Below, in pieces: positions 39,629-54,310 of a DNA stretch of 64,000 bases. This stretch comes from Octopus vulgaris (Eukaryota): positions 159,526,001 to 159,590,000 of the forward strand of contig OX597815.1 in the NCBI GenBank assembly GCA_951406725.2, written 5' to 3'. Below the pieces are notes generated by a model, which worked only from the letters and a program-made list of their open reading frames with translations, did no database searches and was not told the DNA's origin. A program made the position numbers and the translations under genes. The stretch's first letter is position 1, and each line of letters begins with the position of its first letter.

Positions 39629-42600
39629 TATTCACATACTTCCCTTGCACACACACACATCATCATCATCTTCGTTTAACGTCCGTTTTCCATGCTAGCA
39701 TGGGTTGGATGGTTCGACTGGGTCTGGGAAGCCAGGAGGCTGCACCAGGCTCCAGTCTGATCTGGCATACATGCCTATACTCACAAAGAGTTGAAACACT
39801 ATTTGATTTTTTTTCAGCATTGAATGTTCACCATCCCACTTCCATTGCACACAAACACACACACATTCACATGACTCCCTTTTATATACACATACATATA
39901 CCCATGCAGAGTTGAAATGCTGTTTGATTTTTTTTTTACCATAGAACTTCTATCATCCCATTTCCAAGTTTGCCATTACCCCTTCCTTCCTTATTTATCT
40001 ATCACTCCTTCCTTTCGTATTCATTATGTTGTGATGGAGAAATACACAAGAGTATTATTACAGTAGAAGATATAGATGGTAAATCAAATTGTCAATGTTC
40101 ACATATTCACATACTTCCCTTGTACATGCACACACATAGACACATATACTCAAACAGAGTTGAAATGCTGTTTGATTTTTCTTTTCAGTATTTTCACCAT
40201 CCCATTTCCATTGCACACACACACACAAACATTCACATACCTCCCTTTTACATACACACACATATACTCACACAGAGTCGAAACATTGATTTTTTTTCCA
40301 CCCCTTCCTTTCTCATTCATATGTTGTGACGGAGAAAAACAGAGGATACATGATGCACTCTTTGCCACTTCCTCTCTCTCATTGCTATTACTTTCTCTCA
40401 CTCCTTCTCAGTCAAGGCTATTAATCTCACTAGTTGTCTTTCATTGAATTACTATTTTCTCTCCTCCCCCTTCACCTATACTACTCTTTCTCCTTGCCCT
40501 CCTGCATGATTTTGGAGAAATAGATATGTATACAAATAATAATAATGTAATTCCAAACTTACAGGGTAAAATTCAATTTAGCAATTCCAAATAACTATGT
40601 ATACAAATATATAAAAACACTATGCTCATTATTATATTATCTTTTATCTATCTCAGTTATTAGATTGTGGCCATGCTGGAGCACCACCTTGAAAACCTTC
40701 TAGTTGAATGAATTGACCCCAGTACTTATTTTTTTAAAGCCTGGTACTTATTCTATCTGTCTCTGTTTGCTGAACTAAGTTAAAGGGATATAACCAAACC
40801 AACACCAGTTGTTAAGTGGTGGCAGGGGACAGACACAAACACACACACACATATTTACACATGTGTGACGGGTTTTCTCATTCTCCATCTCCCAAATTCA
40901 CTCACAAGGCTTTTTGTTGGCCCAAAGCCATACCAGAAGACACTTTCCCAAGGTGCCACACAGTAGGACTGAACCAGGAACCATGCAGTTGGGAAGCAAG
41001 CTCCTTATCATACAGCCACGCCTATATGTGTGTGTGTGTTTGTTTATGTCCTTGTCCTGTTATTGCATGATAGTTATAAATGAGTATTGCTGTCATACAA
41101 GCAATGTCATCCATTTCCAGTGTTCTGCGAAGACATGTCTGGACTTAGGGGGGAAATACCACCATCACCATGCTTGCAAACAATTGAGGGCTAACGGCAA
41201 TGGAAAGGTTATCTGGCTGTACAAAATCTGCCTCAATAAATTCTGTCTGACCTGTGTAAGAAGGCAAAAGTAGATGTTCGAAATGATAATGATAATGATG
41301 ATGAGGGGGAGGAAGAAGAGGAGGATGCATTCACAATAATCAGAACTTGATAATTTCAGAAGCCTTTCTGACTTTTGCTGTTTCTTCTTCTCATTATTAT
41401 TTTAACTTCTTTCACATTAATCGAAACATCGTTTGCATTTGTGATGATTATATCGGAATATTTACTCTTGATATTTTAGGTTGTTTTTTTTTTACTTTTT
41501 GCTTTCTGTTTGTTTTTCTGTGAGGTTTTTGTTTTTCTATTTCATTGCCTTAATATTCTTCCTATTATTTTATTGATTTTTTTTTCTTTTTCTTTTTTTC
41601 ATTTCTTTCAAATCATTTAGCAAATTATTTTCTCCCTGTTAACCTTGTCTTATACTATTTGGCACATCATCAATAATTTCCTTATTTAAATTACTTGTTT
41701 ATTTTAATTGTTTTTTATTCTCACTTCAACTCTGGATGGTAGGCATAGATGGGCAGGGGGATAGGGAAAGGAATTTTCCAAATAGGTGCCATTTCATCTG
41801 ATTGTTTTGTTTTTGTTCCACACACACACAGACACACACATATATAGAATATATTCTTTCCTATAATTGAAAATAGTTTGAAGTAAACTTTAGTAAATAA
41901 ATTGAAAATAAAAAGCAAAATCATTTAATAATGCTCTAAAGAAAATAAATTACCTCATCAGTAAAATTTTGATCGTTTAACGATTTGTATGTAGACAGAA
42001 TTGGGTAAAAGTAAAATAAAAAAAACAACATATTTACTGAACTGTACATTATGGTCTAAGGATGAGTGAACACATTGGTTTTTGTATTTTGTTCCTTTTT
42101 TACAAAAATAATGCAAGTCGCAAACAGACATACATAGAAGCATACACACACACATGCACGGTTTTAGAAATTGAATGATGGTACGAAATATAATGGCACT
42201 AAATAAAATCATTTACATTCTACACTGCAACAAAATGTTTTAAAGAGAAAAAGAAATATTCATATTGGTAGAAAGTTTAATAAAGGAATAAAAGAAAAGA
42301 TTACATTTTTAGTGACTTGATTTGAACTGAAAGACTGTGAACGTACTGTAATGTTTAGATGCAAGCCTGTAATGAGATTCATGTTTTTAATTTAATTTCC
42401 TTTCTTTTTTCTTTTTTTTTTTGCATTTTGTTTGTAAATTTGTCTTTTTCTTTTTATAGATAAACTGTTTGTTTATGATTTGTTCTTTATTTTGAAAAAA
42501 AATAAAAAGAAAAGAAAAAATATTTAAATATATTTCCAATCAGTATTACTGTGTAAAAGAGAGATAAGTATTCCATTTTGGAAATAAATAAATGTATAAA

Positions 42601-43245
42601 TAAATAAAATGAAATAAATCAGGATAAAACTAAAAGCAATAAACAACAAAAAAAAAAACAGGAAAAGAAACAAAGTAATGAATATTTACAAAATAAAATG
42701 TTCTTAGAGATAAGAACAAAGTTAAAATCGAGAAGCAATTGTAGAACTGAACAATATTTAACATCATTATTACACTCTTCTATAGAAATGCATCATTTAA
42801 AGATTATGTGATGAAGGTTTAGCTGTGTATGTGTATGTGTGCAACAAAACAGACATTGTCTTTTTAATTTGGAAACTAAATATTATCTTTTTCACAACTG
42901 ATCATAACCAAGGTAATTCCACATCAGTGAGAGAGCATAACATGGTTGCACTAAGCATTAGGAATAGCTGCCAAATCTCCGTTCAGATCTAACCTTAATG
43001 TTTCAAAAATAAGAAGAGCATCCCAGATTCACTGCTAAAAAAACCCAAAAAAAAACTCAAGCATAGTCTGGTTGTGTTAGAACACATCTGATTATAGACT
43101 ACCTCAATTAGTATTAAGATGAAGCTTATCAACAATATAAAGTTATTCTATTCTCTTGGGTAAGTAGCATTTTGCACATCTGGAATTAAGAACCAATGAA
43201 TACAATACCATTGTGAACTATATATATATATGTGTGTGTGTGTGT

Positions 43246-43279
<34 letters not shown>

Positions 43280-43450
43280 ATTCGTGTTGCAAGATTCTTC
43301 ATGTGAAATCGTGTGTTGAAACAGATATTGTTGTATTTCGGGATGGTCTTTTTATTTATTATTTTTTTTGCCAAATAAACACACGCACTATTTATTTTTT
43401 CTTCACTCATTTATTACTGTTCTTATTTTATTATTTTAACTCATGTCCAT

Positions 43451-43495
43451 TGTCCGGAAATCTTTCGTCACACATCTGTGACCTCTTCAGCGACA
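43451..43495 (-). ncRNA. Minimal hammerhead motif in a Penelope-like fragment (~43278-43500); degenerate relative at ~12090-12310
   Basis: UGUCG-CUGAAGA-G-GUCAC[6]GUGAC-GAAA-GAU-UUC/CGGACA. The fragment abuts (TA)n. Confidence 0.7.
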
Positions 43496-43827
43496 CATTA
43501 TTTGAAAATTTTTCATATTTTCTTTTATGTTTACTGTGGAACTACAGCATCCCAAAATCCATTATGAACTAATGGATCAGGATCTTTATTAAGAAACTAA
43601 ATGTAAAAGGCTGATAAGGAAATATGAAAAGTCTATCATAATAAAAAAGGATCAGACTTAAACATAGCTGTATCTTTAATATAACATCTCCAAAAGCAAA
43701 AACCAGACCCTCTTTACACAAATTATATATATACATGTATGTATGTATTTAAAATGTGACCTCGTGTGTACCGTTGGCTATTTTTTTTTCCTCTGTCTTC
43801 CCTTCTCTGGATCTTTCCTTCTTCTAT

Positions 43828-43862
43828 GTTTCCGACGAAGAGCTCCGTTCGAAACGTTAAAC
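43828..43862 (+). ncRNA. Minimal hammerhead motif with CCGACGA core variant in a Penelope-like fragment (~43755-43965)
   Basis: GUUU-CCGACGA-A-GAGC-UCC-GUUC-GAAA-CG-UU/AAAC, with a palindromic AACGUU stem III. Confidence 0.7.
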
Positions 43863-44261
43863 CCTCCTTCTTCCCTTCTTTCCTGAGCGTCCAATAATAC
43901 TATATTTGTTCCACGTCCTCGCGTTGTTGTGTTTTTTTGTGTTTTCTTGTTTGGATTAACTTTATGTATTATGTACATATGTATGTATCATCACCATTAA
44001 ACATTCATTTTCCATACTGGCATATGTATGCATGCACATGTACACATACACACACACACACACACACATTTACTTGCATACAAGGCGAAATAGTATAAAG
44101 TGCTAAAATGTGTAAACATTCAAACATTGTTTCCAAATCCTGTTGCATTTCACACAGAATTTTGTTGTCCTCCAAAGTTATCTTGGTGTATAAGTTGACC
44201 TACCTCTCTTAGCTATAAATTTTGAAGCAATTTGACTTACATGCTGGAAAAACATTATGTA

Positions 44262-45145
44262 CGTGGGGGTACCCAAAAGTAACTGGAAACGTTCTCTCTG
44301 GGACAAGCCCATTGTAGTTCAGGCTTCCATCACTAGAAGCCACTTGATGTGACCCTCAGGCATCCTGTTAGGTCATACTGCCATGTGGTGCATCTTTGTT
44401 TTGCAGTACTTCTCCCCTGTTCATCAATTTTTGCAATGACTGAAATTAAGGAACAGCATGTGCCCATGAATTCTGTTTTCTACTGGAGAAAATGGCAGTC
44501 AGAACAAGTGTCATGCTTGAAGCATTCTACAAGGCCACTACCATGAGCAAAACACCTGTTTACGAGTGGTTTTCATGCTTTAGGATTGGTCACTTATCAC
44601 TTGAGGACCAACCTTGTTGAGGGCGATCGTCAACATCCCAAATGAATGAAAGCATCATGAAAATTCATGAACTGATCTTAGAGGACCATTGCTGAACAAT
44701 TGATAAACTTGTTGATATGATTAGTGTGTTCTGGAGTTCCTGCCAATGAATTTTGAGTAAGGAATTGTAAATGAAAAGAGTTGCAGCAAAATTTGTGTCT
44801 CACTTGCTCACGGAAGATCAAAAGCAGTCACATCTGAATGCATGTCATGAACTAACAGAACAGCAGGAAGTTGATCCAGACCCGTTTTTGAAGGTCATCA
44901 CTGGTGTTGAAAGCTGGTGCTATGGAATTTGCAGATGTGGAAGAAGTGAGGAAAGAAATCACGGAAGCATTAAAAGACATCACTTCACTATAGTTTTAGC
45001 ACTGCTTCCAGTTGTGGAAAACGCATGTGGACCGATGCATTGCTTCAAATAGTGAATATTTTCAAGGCAATATAAGTGTACACATGTAAAACTAAGTGAA
45101 TAAAATCATATTGCAATATTCCAGTTTCTTTTGGGTACCACCTCA
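44262..45145 (+). mobile_element. Internally deleted mariner transposon (pseudogenised)
   Basis: About 27-bp TIRs (cgtgggggtacccaaaagtaactggaa / ttccagtttcttttgggtaccacctca) with TA on both sides. Remnant peptides MSKTPVYEWF, AAKFVSHLLT and KVITGVESWCYG; the central catalytic region is deleted. Confidence 0.9.
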
Positions 45146-48100
45146 TACATATTTGATACCTTTGTATAAACTCAAGTGTGAGACCTTTGTTGTCAAAATC
45201 ATATTAGGAGAAAATTCTCCCCAAACAATTTTTGTTGTTTGTGTATTAATATGTTTCATCAGTTGCAACTGCTGAATCAGTCTTTCATATCCTTGTATGA
45301 ACATATGTTCTGATATATATATATATATAAGAATAACAAATAGTACATTTGCTGATGTGTACAAAGCTTGGTCACATTGAAATTAATCAAATAGTGGTAC
45401 ATAAAGTAGCTTTGAATGAAATATGTGTACATTCATATTTAATATGTTTGTATACCCTTGGGCTTAGGAAGATCTTTAGCTGTGAAAGAGTCTCAAGAGA
45501 AAATATTCCTCATAGACAATGTGTGTAAAAACACATCGGGCTATGAATGACCTTACCAGATTGTATGCTGCCTGCGTTTCTGCATTGTTGCTGGGGCTGC
45601 AAAAGATTGATTCAGTATTTGTTGCAGTTGAATAGTAATGATACAGATATGCATGCATTTTTCAATCCAATGACATTAACAGCCCACTGGTACGTTTTCA
45701 CATATACTGTGTATGAAAATTTAGTCCTAATACTATTTTCACTAGAGATCTTACCACATTTGAACTTAGGCAAACATGTTTAATGAAAACTCATGCATTT
45801 TTACACACACACACTCTCTCTCTCTCTCTCTCCCTCTCCCTCTCTTTCTCTCTCTGTAACAATATTTAATGCATTTGTTGATATTCAGATATAGGAAGAT
45901 CTCTCACTGCAGATACTGTCTCAGAAGAAAATTCTCCTCATACACAATATATGCAAAAAATAAACCATCATTGAGTCATTAATGTTGTCCTCTGGTTGCC
46001 AGTTGCCTGCATATCTGCATTGTTATGCTCCATAACCATTAATGTTGATTCAGTCTGTTAAAGCTCTGTAATAAATACATTTCTGTTTATAAGAACAGCC
46101 GTTCTTGCAGGCCTGTAAAAGATTGATTCGGTCTTTGAAGCTGATGAAGTGTAACAATACAGAAACATGCATCCTATGGTTTATTTCATTCAATATTACT
46201 TTGCACATGCCAGCAGATGTAATATTTGCTGTTATTAGAAAATTTTGAAATTACAGTTGTGGGGAATGTAGCCAATCTTATTGTCTTGAACTAGAAAATG
46301 CCACTGTGAGAGCTTTGCTATGGGGCTCATTAAAGTTAATCACCCTGAGGCTGCTCCTGGTTCTATAATAAAAACTTTGTTTTAAAGTGATCAAAATTAG
46401 AGCCTTCACTCAATCAAAATTCCACGTTAATTTATGTTCCAAACACCAGGTTAATAGTGACAATTATTCTGCTAAATTCTTCCTCATTTAAAAAATTTAT
46501 TGAAACATAGGTTGTATATTTCAAAAGAAATATGGTAAGAAAAGAGTTGTGTATCTTTTAATAAATTGTTAGAATACTTTCTCAGAGTCATATCTCTCCC
46601 CAACATCTGAGTGAACGGTTGCACTTTAAGTACTTTTAGATACATGCAGATGAGGCTCTTTTATACAATATTCAGTCATGTTTTACTTCAACACATTCTG
46701 TTATTCACATACACTGCATATAAGCTTATATATATGTTTATTTTTGCATGGGTATATGCATATTCTTGCATTTATGAATATATGTGTATTAAGTTTTCGT
46801 TTTAGATGGAATAGAACCAAGTAATATAATCAAATTGATAAGCATTTTTAATCCCATCGAGATTCATCCAAAATTCATTTTTTGGCATATGGTGCTAAAT
46901 AGGAATTATTTATATTTATTTACATGAAGTCTTTGTATTTCTAGACCAAAAAAAAAAAAAAGCTTATTCTTACTTGTATTATATTTTTCATTTTTGTAAA
47001 TTTTTTTCTTGTTTGTTAACCAGATCCATCCTTTTGTGTATTCATAAATGTTATATAATTTTTAAAAATCATCATGGGAGATAATTTTTCTTACAAGCAC
47101 AAACAACAACCATCAGTTTAATCTCTCTTATTTCATTTTGTTATTTTCCAATTTTTCCTCTGAGACTTTTTATCAAAACAGAGTCTGTCATATTTTGTTT
47201 AAAAAAGAAACAAAACAAATTACTGTATTTATCATAAAACTCCTTTGGTTTCCCATCATCTATCTGTAGTTAGAAATTCGAGAGATAGTGTAAATAACTG
47301 GGACTACTGAAGTAGAAACTGGGGAAAAAAATTATTTCAAAAGAACATGCTTCATATTTGAAGAGTTATTTGGGACTTGTTTCGAAATTTTAAATGATGT
47401 TTTATTGATCTTTCTCTACTGATCAAGAAGAAAGTATTAAAATGTCATTTTAAAATACACTTACATTAAGAATTATCTATATTGTTTCTAGGGATCAGTT
47501 CTCCCTGCAGTTTTGGAGGTGGGGAATAATATATATCTTCTTAGTCTTTTGTTTTTTTTTTGGTTTTTTTTGTAAACAATCAATATTTATGTTTTAAGCT
47601 GACATCATATTATGTTCATATATACAAAAACAAAAGATTTAATATTTGCTGTCAGCATATTTCTTTGCATCACATTGAGTAGATATTATCTATTTATATA
47701 TTTTTCTAAAAAATATTTTTGTTTAATGTTATTATATCTGTGTTGTTTATTGAAGGAGAGGAATTAAGCTTCTTCATGGCGATATCCTTCAAACTGAATA
47801 TTATATATAATAAGTTCATAAAGCAATATTTAAAAAAACAATTTTGAAATAATACACTAACATAAGAATATCTTATATTCTATATTTGGGATCTGACTTA
47901 TGTGTTTTATGTTATAGATTTCCCCCCATTAAGTACTGGGTTTTAGATAAATCACCCACAAGCTGTTCTTTGAAGTCTTATGCATTGTGGTTTTGGTAAA
48001 ATTAGAAATAAATACTGTGACTGCTGTTAGAAAATGCACAATGTCATAAACCTTTATTTCAGTTATGTATCTGGTACACTTTATATTGCCACACTCCTGT

Positions 48101-51100
48101 ATGTGGACAGGTGCATTTAAACTAACTACAAAGGGAAATTGCCATAAAATATAGCAAAGGTGGTCAAATTATTTGATAAGAAGCTCCACATATACTTTTT
48201 ATTTCACATTCAGGTTCTGCAACATATATTTTTAAAATGATATTTACAAATAAAAAAAGATATATCATGATATTGTTTTAGTCATTAAATTAGATTAATC
48301 CATTTCTGCTTGTTGAGGGCTTTTGTTGAATTCTCAATTTCTTGTTGTTAATATTTAAAATGTGGTGACTAGGATTTTAACTCTTTTGTTACCATATTTC
48401 TGTTGATACACACTGCCTTTATTTCAATTAATTTTGATAATAATGAAGAATTTTGTAAATTAACTTCGTTTTTAATAATCTGATGTTTCAAGCGTAAATG
48501 AATATGAAATTTTGATGAAAGGTTTTAATTTAGATCACTTTAAAACGAAAAATTATGTAACATACACCCAAGGGCAGTTTCATGTGGGTTGGTATCAAAA
48601 GGTTCAATCTGTTTACAAAAAAAAAAAAAATAGTACTGAAGCCCAATATGATCTTGGGAGCCACATAAAGGTTTGAGAGTTGTGTTTGGCTCATGGCTCA
48701 TAAGCTGAGGTTTGATCTCTTGAAATATAGCAAACCTGAATACCAATTTCTTATTTAAACAAGAATCTGTGAGAAACTATATGGTAATGTAGTGTAACTG
48801 ATATCAGTGAGAAACTGGTAATTTATGTTAATCCCTAACACAAGATATACACACAATGTAGTTAGAAAACTATTATTACTTACAAAATTTGTTTAGGAAA
48901 TTGATTTGAATAAATAATAGAAGATTTGCAATATTGTTTTTGTTATTTATTTGCAATTCCTATCAGACACTGTGAAATCTTAGCTAGAAGACTGAGAGCC
49001 GTTATCAGTATTTAAGTAGACGAAAATGCTGCATAAATATAGCATACATTTAAGCTATCTTCTGTCTCTATTAATATATGATGAATGAAATGTAGTTCCA
49101 CTATTTTCTACATTATTTCCAAAAGAAGTCAGAAGTCATCTATTATTGACTGATGTCAGGTGTTGAAATTTGTAATCTAAAGAATGTATATGTGCATCTT
49201 TCTTTCAACTCCACAGATTTACTTCCGTGGTCTGATACCCTATTGTTATAACTGTAATATCTATATTTCTTTAAAATGAAGAGATGCTTTTAATCTTTTT
49301 TCTACTATTTGGTTATCAAGATAGTTATTTCTTTTCCAAATTTTGCATTTCCTGTATGGGGAAGATGAATGCTAAAGAGCAGGAGAACTTTTATAGACGT
49401 CTAATGGTATCTAGTTTGGTATTCCATGCCTCTGTGTTCGATTATTGTATTCAGCACTGTCTTTCATCCTTATGGGATTGTAATTACAAGTTGAACCTCT
49501 GAAACCCAGAATTCTAACAACTATGGTCCTCCACATTTTGAATTTTGGGATTTTAGATTTTTTATACATTGCTTCAGAAAACAAAAGCTTTGTTTGGAAG
49601 CATGATTTGTTGTGTTATTTCCTATTCTCAGATTAGTTTTAACTTTAATAAGACATCGATATATAAGTGGAATAAGTTGACAGCATTATGCTCAGATTTG
49701 GGCTCCCGTTAGTGGTAATTTTTTTCTGTTATCTCACATATTACCATAATGAGATAATGACCAGGTTTCAAGTTTGACAGTTTTAAGAAGTTCAATCTGA
49801 CTCATCATAACAATCCTCCTCCTCCCCCTCACTCTCCCCATCCCCCTCTCCTCCTCCTCCTCCTCTTCCTCCTCCTCCTCCTCCTCTTCCTCCTCCTCCT
49901 CCTCCTTGTAGTTGTCGTCGTCATCATCATCATCATTGTTGTTGTTGTTGTCATTGTTTGAATGCCCACTTTTTCATGCTTGCAAGAATTGGATGGCATT
50001 TATTGAAGTAGATTTTCTACAGCTGGGTGTCCTTCCTGTTGTTAACCTTTACTTGTTTCTAAGCAAGGTAATATTTCATCATAGCTGGGCATGTTTTTTC
50101 AGTACATTGGAAATGAATGCCATTTCTCTGCAACAAACATGCTATGGCAAGACAAAGAAACAAACATATATACACACACAAAGCTTTGGTTGCCCCAGAG
50201 TCATAGGAGAAGACACTTACCCAAAGTGTGTTGCAATGGAACTTCTTAACCTCATAGTCACACTTACCAGATTCACTTACAAGATATTGGTCGGTCCAGG
50301 GTTATAGCAGAAGATACTTGACCAAGGTGGTACACTGGGACTGAACTGAAAAGCAAGTGGTGGCAAAACAAGTTTCTTAACCACAGCCATGTTTGAAGAT
50401 AAAACGACTTGATAGTCTCAGCCTGATCATATGCTTACTTTTTAAGGACAGGCCCGGGGTTAAACAACAATAGCCACAACATTAGAGATAATGCCATCTA
50501 ACACAGTAGTCATTAGGCTAATTACACCATATAATCATTTAAGGTTTCATCCACATTATATATTCAGAAGTTCTGAAAATAACAGTGTTATCTTGACCCA
50601 GATTAACTTAACACTTAATAATTGATTGCACCTAGTTTTAATCAATTTTAGCCTCTGGTGTTGTTAGCCATTTCAATTATGTTACCATTGCATGCCAAAG
50701 CATTCAATGACTTTTCCGAATATACTGGTATATGATAATATACTTGGTTTCTTAGAATCTAGAGGGTGCATGACCTAATGGTTAGAGTGTTACACTCATG
50801 ATTGTGAGATTGTGGTTTCAGTTCCTGAACTGAGCGAAAGGCTTAATTTCCTGTTGTTCTACAATCACTTCAACATTTGATGTTTAACACACCATCACCT
50901 GTACAGGCAATGCCAATTTGATGGAAAGAATGAGCTGGTGTAGTGTCCAAACATTTGATGCCTATAAACAAACCATTTGTGCAGGTTGGACAACACAAAA
51001 TTACAGAACCATCATTGGTCATCTGCAATAAGTGAGAATAATATAGTAAGTAAATAGGGTAATGCTACTAGCAGGAGATGTTAGGAAGGTAAAGGAGGAA

Positions 51101-51783
51101 GATGGAATACTATAACTGAATAAATTAAGAGAAATTAAATGAAGTTATAAGTAATTAAAACTAAGTCAAAGAAAAATGAGAAGTTTCTTAGAATTTTTTT
51201 TTTAAAGAAAATATTTTTTAAACACATTACACTCAAACCATTCATCATCTTACACAAGATCACCTCCTCCCTTGTCCTCTCTTCTCAAAGATCCCTGTCT
51301 TGTAAGATTACCTGGTAACTTTGCCAGTACAGATGCCACTTGAAAAGCATCCGGTCCACACTGTAAAGTGGTTGGCATTTGGAAAGGCATCCAGCTGTAA
51401 AAACCATGCCAAAACTGACCTTGCTTGTGCTGGTGCGAGATAAAAAGCACTCAGCCATCTCTACAGGGTGGTTGGTGTTAGGAAGAGCATCCAGCCAAAA
51501 CAAACACAGAAGTATGGTGCAGACTTCTGCTTGGCCATCCCCTGTCAAACTGTCCAACCATCCAATCCATGCCAACACAGAACGAGAACATTAAATGATG
51601 ATGATGATTACAATAGCAAAATCCACAACCTGGTATCTTGATGCTGCAAACGCATACCAGGCTTCCTTGTAAATAGTAATTTACACAAGACCAGCAGCCT
51701 CTCCCATGTAAAAATTGTCTCTCAGTTATAGAAAAGAGAATTTATGCCCTGAACTTATGATTCTGTGCAATTCAGTAGTTTAA

Positions 51784-52003
51784 CCCTTTAGAATTTAGAT
51801 TATTCTGTCAAAAGTAATGCTTATTTATTCATATTATTTTGAATTAATCCTACATTATCTTGTAGCTTCAAGAATTCACTGATGTGAGTATTTATTTTTA
51901 GAATGACATTGTAGTGTTAGTGTGAGAGGCCCTATATAGCCAGTTTGAGCGAAAAACAGAGAGAATATTTGGGCTAGATATGGCCAGTTTCAATGCTAAA
52001 GGG
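51784..52003 (+). mobile_element. TTAA MITE copy
   Basis: ttaa ccctttagaatt ... aatgctaaaggg ttaa. Confidence 0.85.
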
Positions 52004-53221
52004 TTAATTATAAATTCAAGTTGATCTCATTTTCTTTTATCTTTTACTTGTTTCAGTTTCTGTGCTAGGACACTGCTTTGCAGAATTTTGGTCGAATGCA
52101 TCAACCCCAGTATTTAATTTTGTCAAACCTAGCATTTATCTTGATCTCTTTTGCTGAACTGCTAAGTTATGGGGACATAAACATACCAACACCAGTTGAC
52201 AAACAAAAAATCATGAACACATGTGTTCACACACACACATGCATATACATGACAGGCTGTTTTCAGTTCCATCTACTGAATCCACTTACAAGGCCTTAGT
52301 CAACCCAAGGCTATAGTAGATAACACCTGCTCAATGTACCATGCAGTGGGACTGAACTCAGAATCATGTGGCTGGGAAGCAAACTTCTTACCTTGCTGCC
52401 GTGCCTGTGCCTGTTATATTCATGGCAAATGTTTATTGGAACTGGGAATAGTAAAATAGAATTATTGTAAATAATATTAGTTACTGGGAATGCTGTACCA
52501 GTAAGCAGAAATTTTAAAAAGTTATCAAGAGAGGCTTTACCTGGTTGTTTAACCTGTTAGAAATAGCAGCCAAATTTTCCTCAAGCCTCACTTCCTATCT
52601 TAAAATAGTCCTGACTACATTATCTGAAAATAAGATGGGTTGGTTATAACTGGAATGCCAAGATAATATGTTTGCTAGATCAAAGCCAACCTGGGGTTAA
52701 ACAAAAACAGAAAGCATATGATGTACAAAAAAAGTATATGAAAAATATCTGGAAAACTGGACAGAAATGGAAAAAAGATGTTTCTAAATTATGATTTCCT
52801 TTATAAGCAAGTAATAGATTTTGCCATTGGTTTCACAATAGTTAGGATTTTCTCTTATCCTTTTACTAGTTTCAGTTGTTGGACTGTGGCCATGCTGGAA
52901 CACTACCTTTAAGGGTCTATTTGATGAGATTGACACTGATACTTATTTTGAAGTCTGGTATTTATTATTATTGATCTCTAATCGTTGGAGTTGTAAGCAA
53001 CAGGATATGAATAATAGCATGAGTATCTCAATAGAAACACAATGACATGCATACACACACAAACATAGCTTCACATGAATATACATACATATGTATATAT
53101 ATATATATCAAAGTATCAATTAGAGACAGAAATACCCATAAGATTCAACAAATCAGAATACAAATTCAACCATGTCATAGAATATTATATTTAATACTTA
53201 CTATTCGTCTTCAAAGTTTAT

Positions 53222-53316
53222 GATTACACATGTTTCATGAGGTTGTATACTATGTTCCTGAGGCACGTAGTCTCTTAAAGAACCTCCCCTTATATACAAC
53301 CCCAATCTTCAGGTCC
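53222..53316 (-). ncRNA. Candidate hammerhead with extended stem II
   Basis: CUGAAGA, stem UGGGGUUGUAUA/UAUACAACCUCA, then GAAACAUGU (palindromic ACAUGU). Stem I is imperfect. Confidence 0.5.
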
Positions 53317-54089
53317 ACCTATCCCCCGTTTATAACTTTATCTATCTTTATAAATAAATTCCTGTGTAAAAGTATATCAAACTAAACAGATGTATAAATA
53401 ATAAACTCATTGAACCCTGCAATTTAAGCCATGATTAATTAAGAATTAAATGTGAATTACGTCTAATATCATCATCATCATCATCATCATCGTTTAGCGT
53501 CCGTTTTCCATGCTAGCATGGGTTATATATATATTTATATAAATGAAAAATATATACAAATGCAGAAAAAAATATATACTAATGAAAAGAAAATATAACA
53601 TTATAAGAGATATATATATCCAAGTGAAGAAGATGATTAAGAGATGAATGGAAACTAATGCAAATGACAAAAATTCAGGTGAATGTTATGCGTAAAATAC
53701 AAATGAAAATATGAAAAGATATAAAAAACATGGGAAAAAATATATATAGAAAAAATATAAATGGGAAAACATTTAAAAATGAAAAGATGAAAAAATTATA
53801 TATACAGGAATAAATTTCTAAATTAATATATTAATTAGAATTAATATACTAAACTTAATTTAAAATGTAAAATTAAAGATGTATATATATATATATATAT
53901 AACACACACACACACACTCACACGCACATATGTACACACGCATATATATGTCTATGGCATTAGGAAGGGCATCCAGCCATAAAAACACTGCCAAATCTGA
54001 CTGGGCCTGATGAAGCCTTCCGGCTTCACAGACCCCAGTTAAACCGTCCAACCCATGCTAGCATGGAAAACGGATGCTAAATGATGATA

Positions 54090-54310
54090 TTGGGTTATCC
54101 CATAAATAATGTGGTTCTTTGATACATCTTTTATTTTTCACAATTAAGATAAACAAAGTTCTGTTTTAATCTAAAATATACTCTCCTTCATTTTCTACAA
54201 TACTCTTCCATCTATCTGGTAGGCTTGCAAGGCCCCTGTTTCAAAATACTCCTCCGATATTGTGTTGATCTTGTCTGCAGAATACATACTTTTTTCCATC
54301 CAAGTGATTT
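54090..54310 (-). mobile_element. Mariner 3' fragment
   Basis: TA followed by TIR ttgggttatcccataaataa. The minus strand reads GLASLPDRWKSIVENEGEYILD*. Confidence 0.75.
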
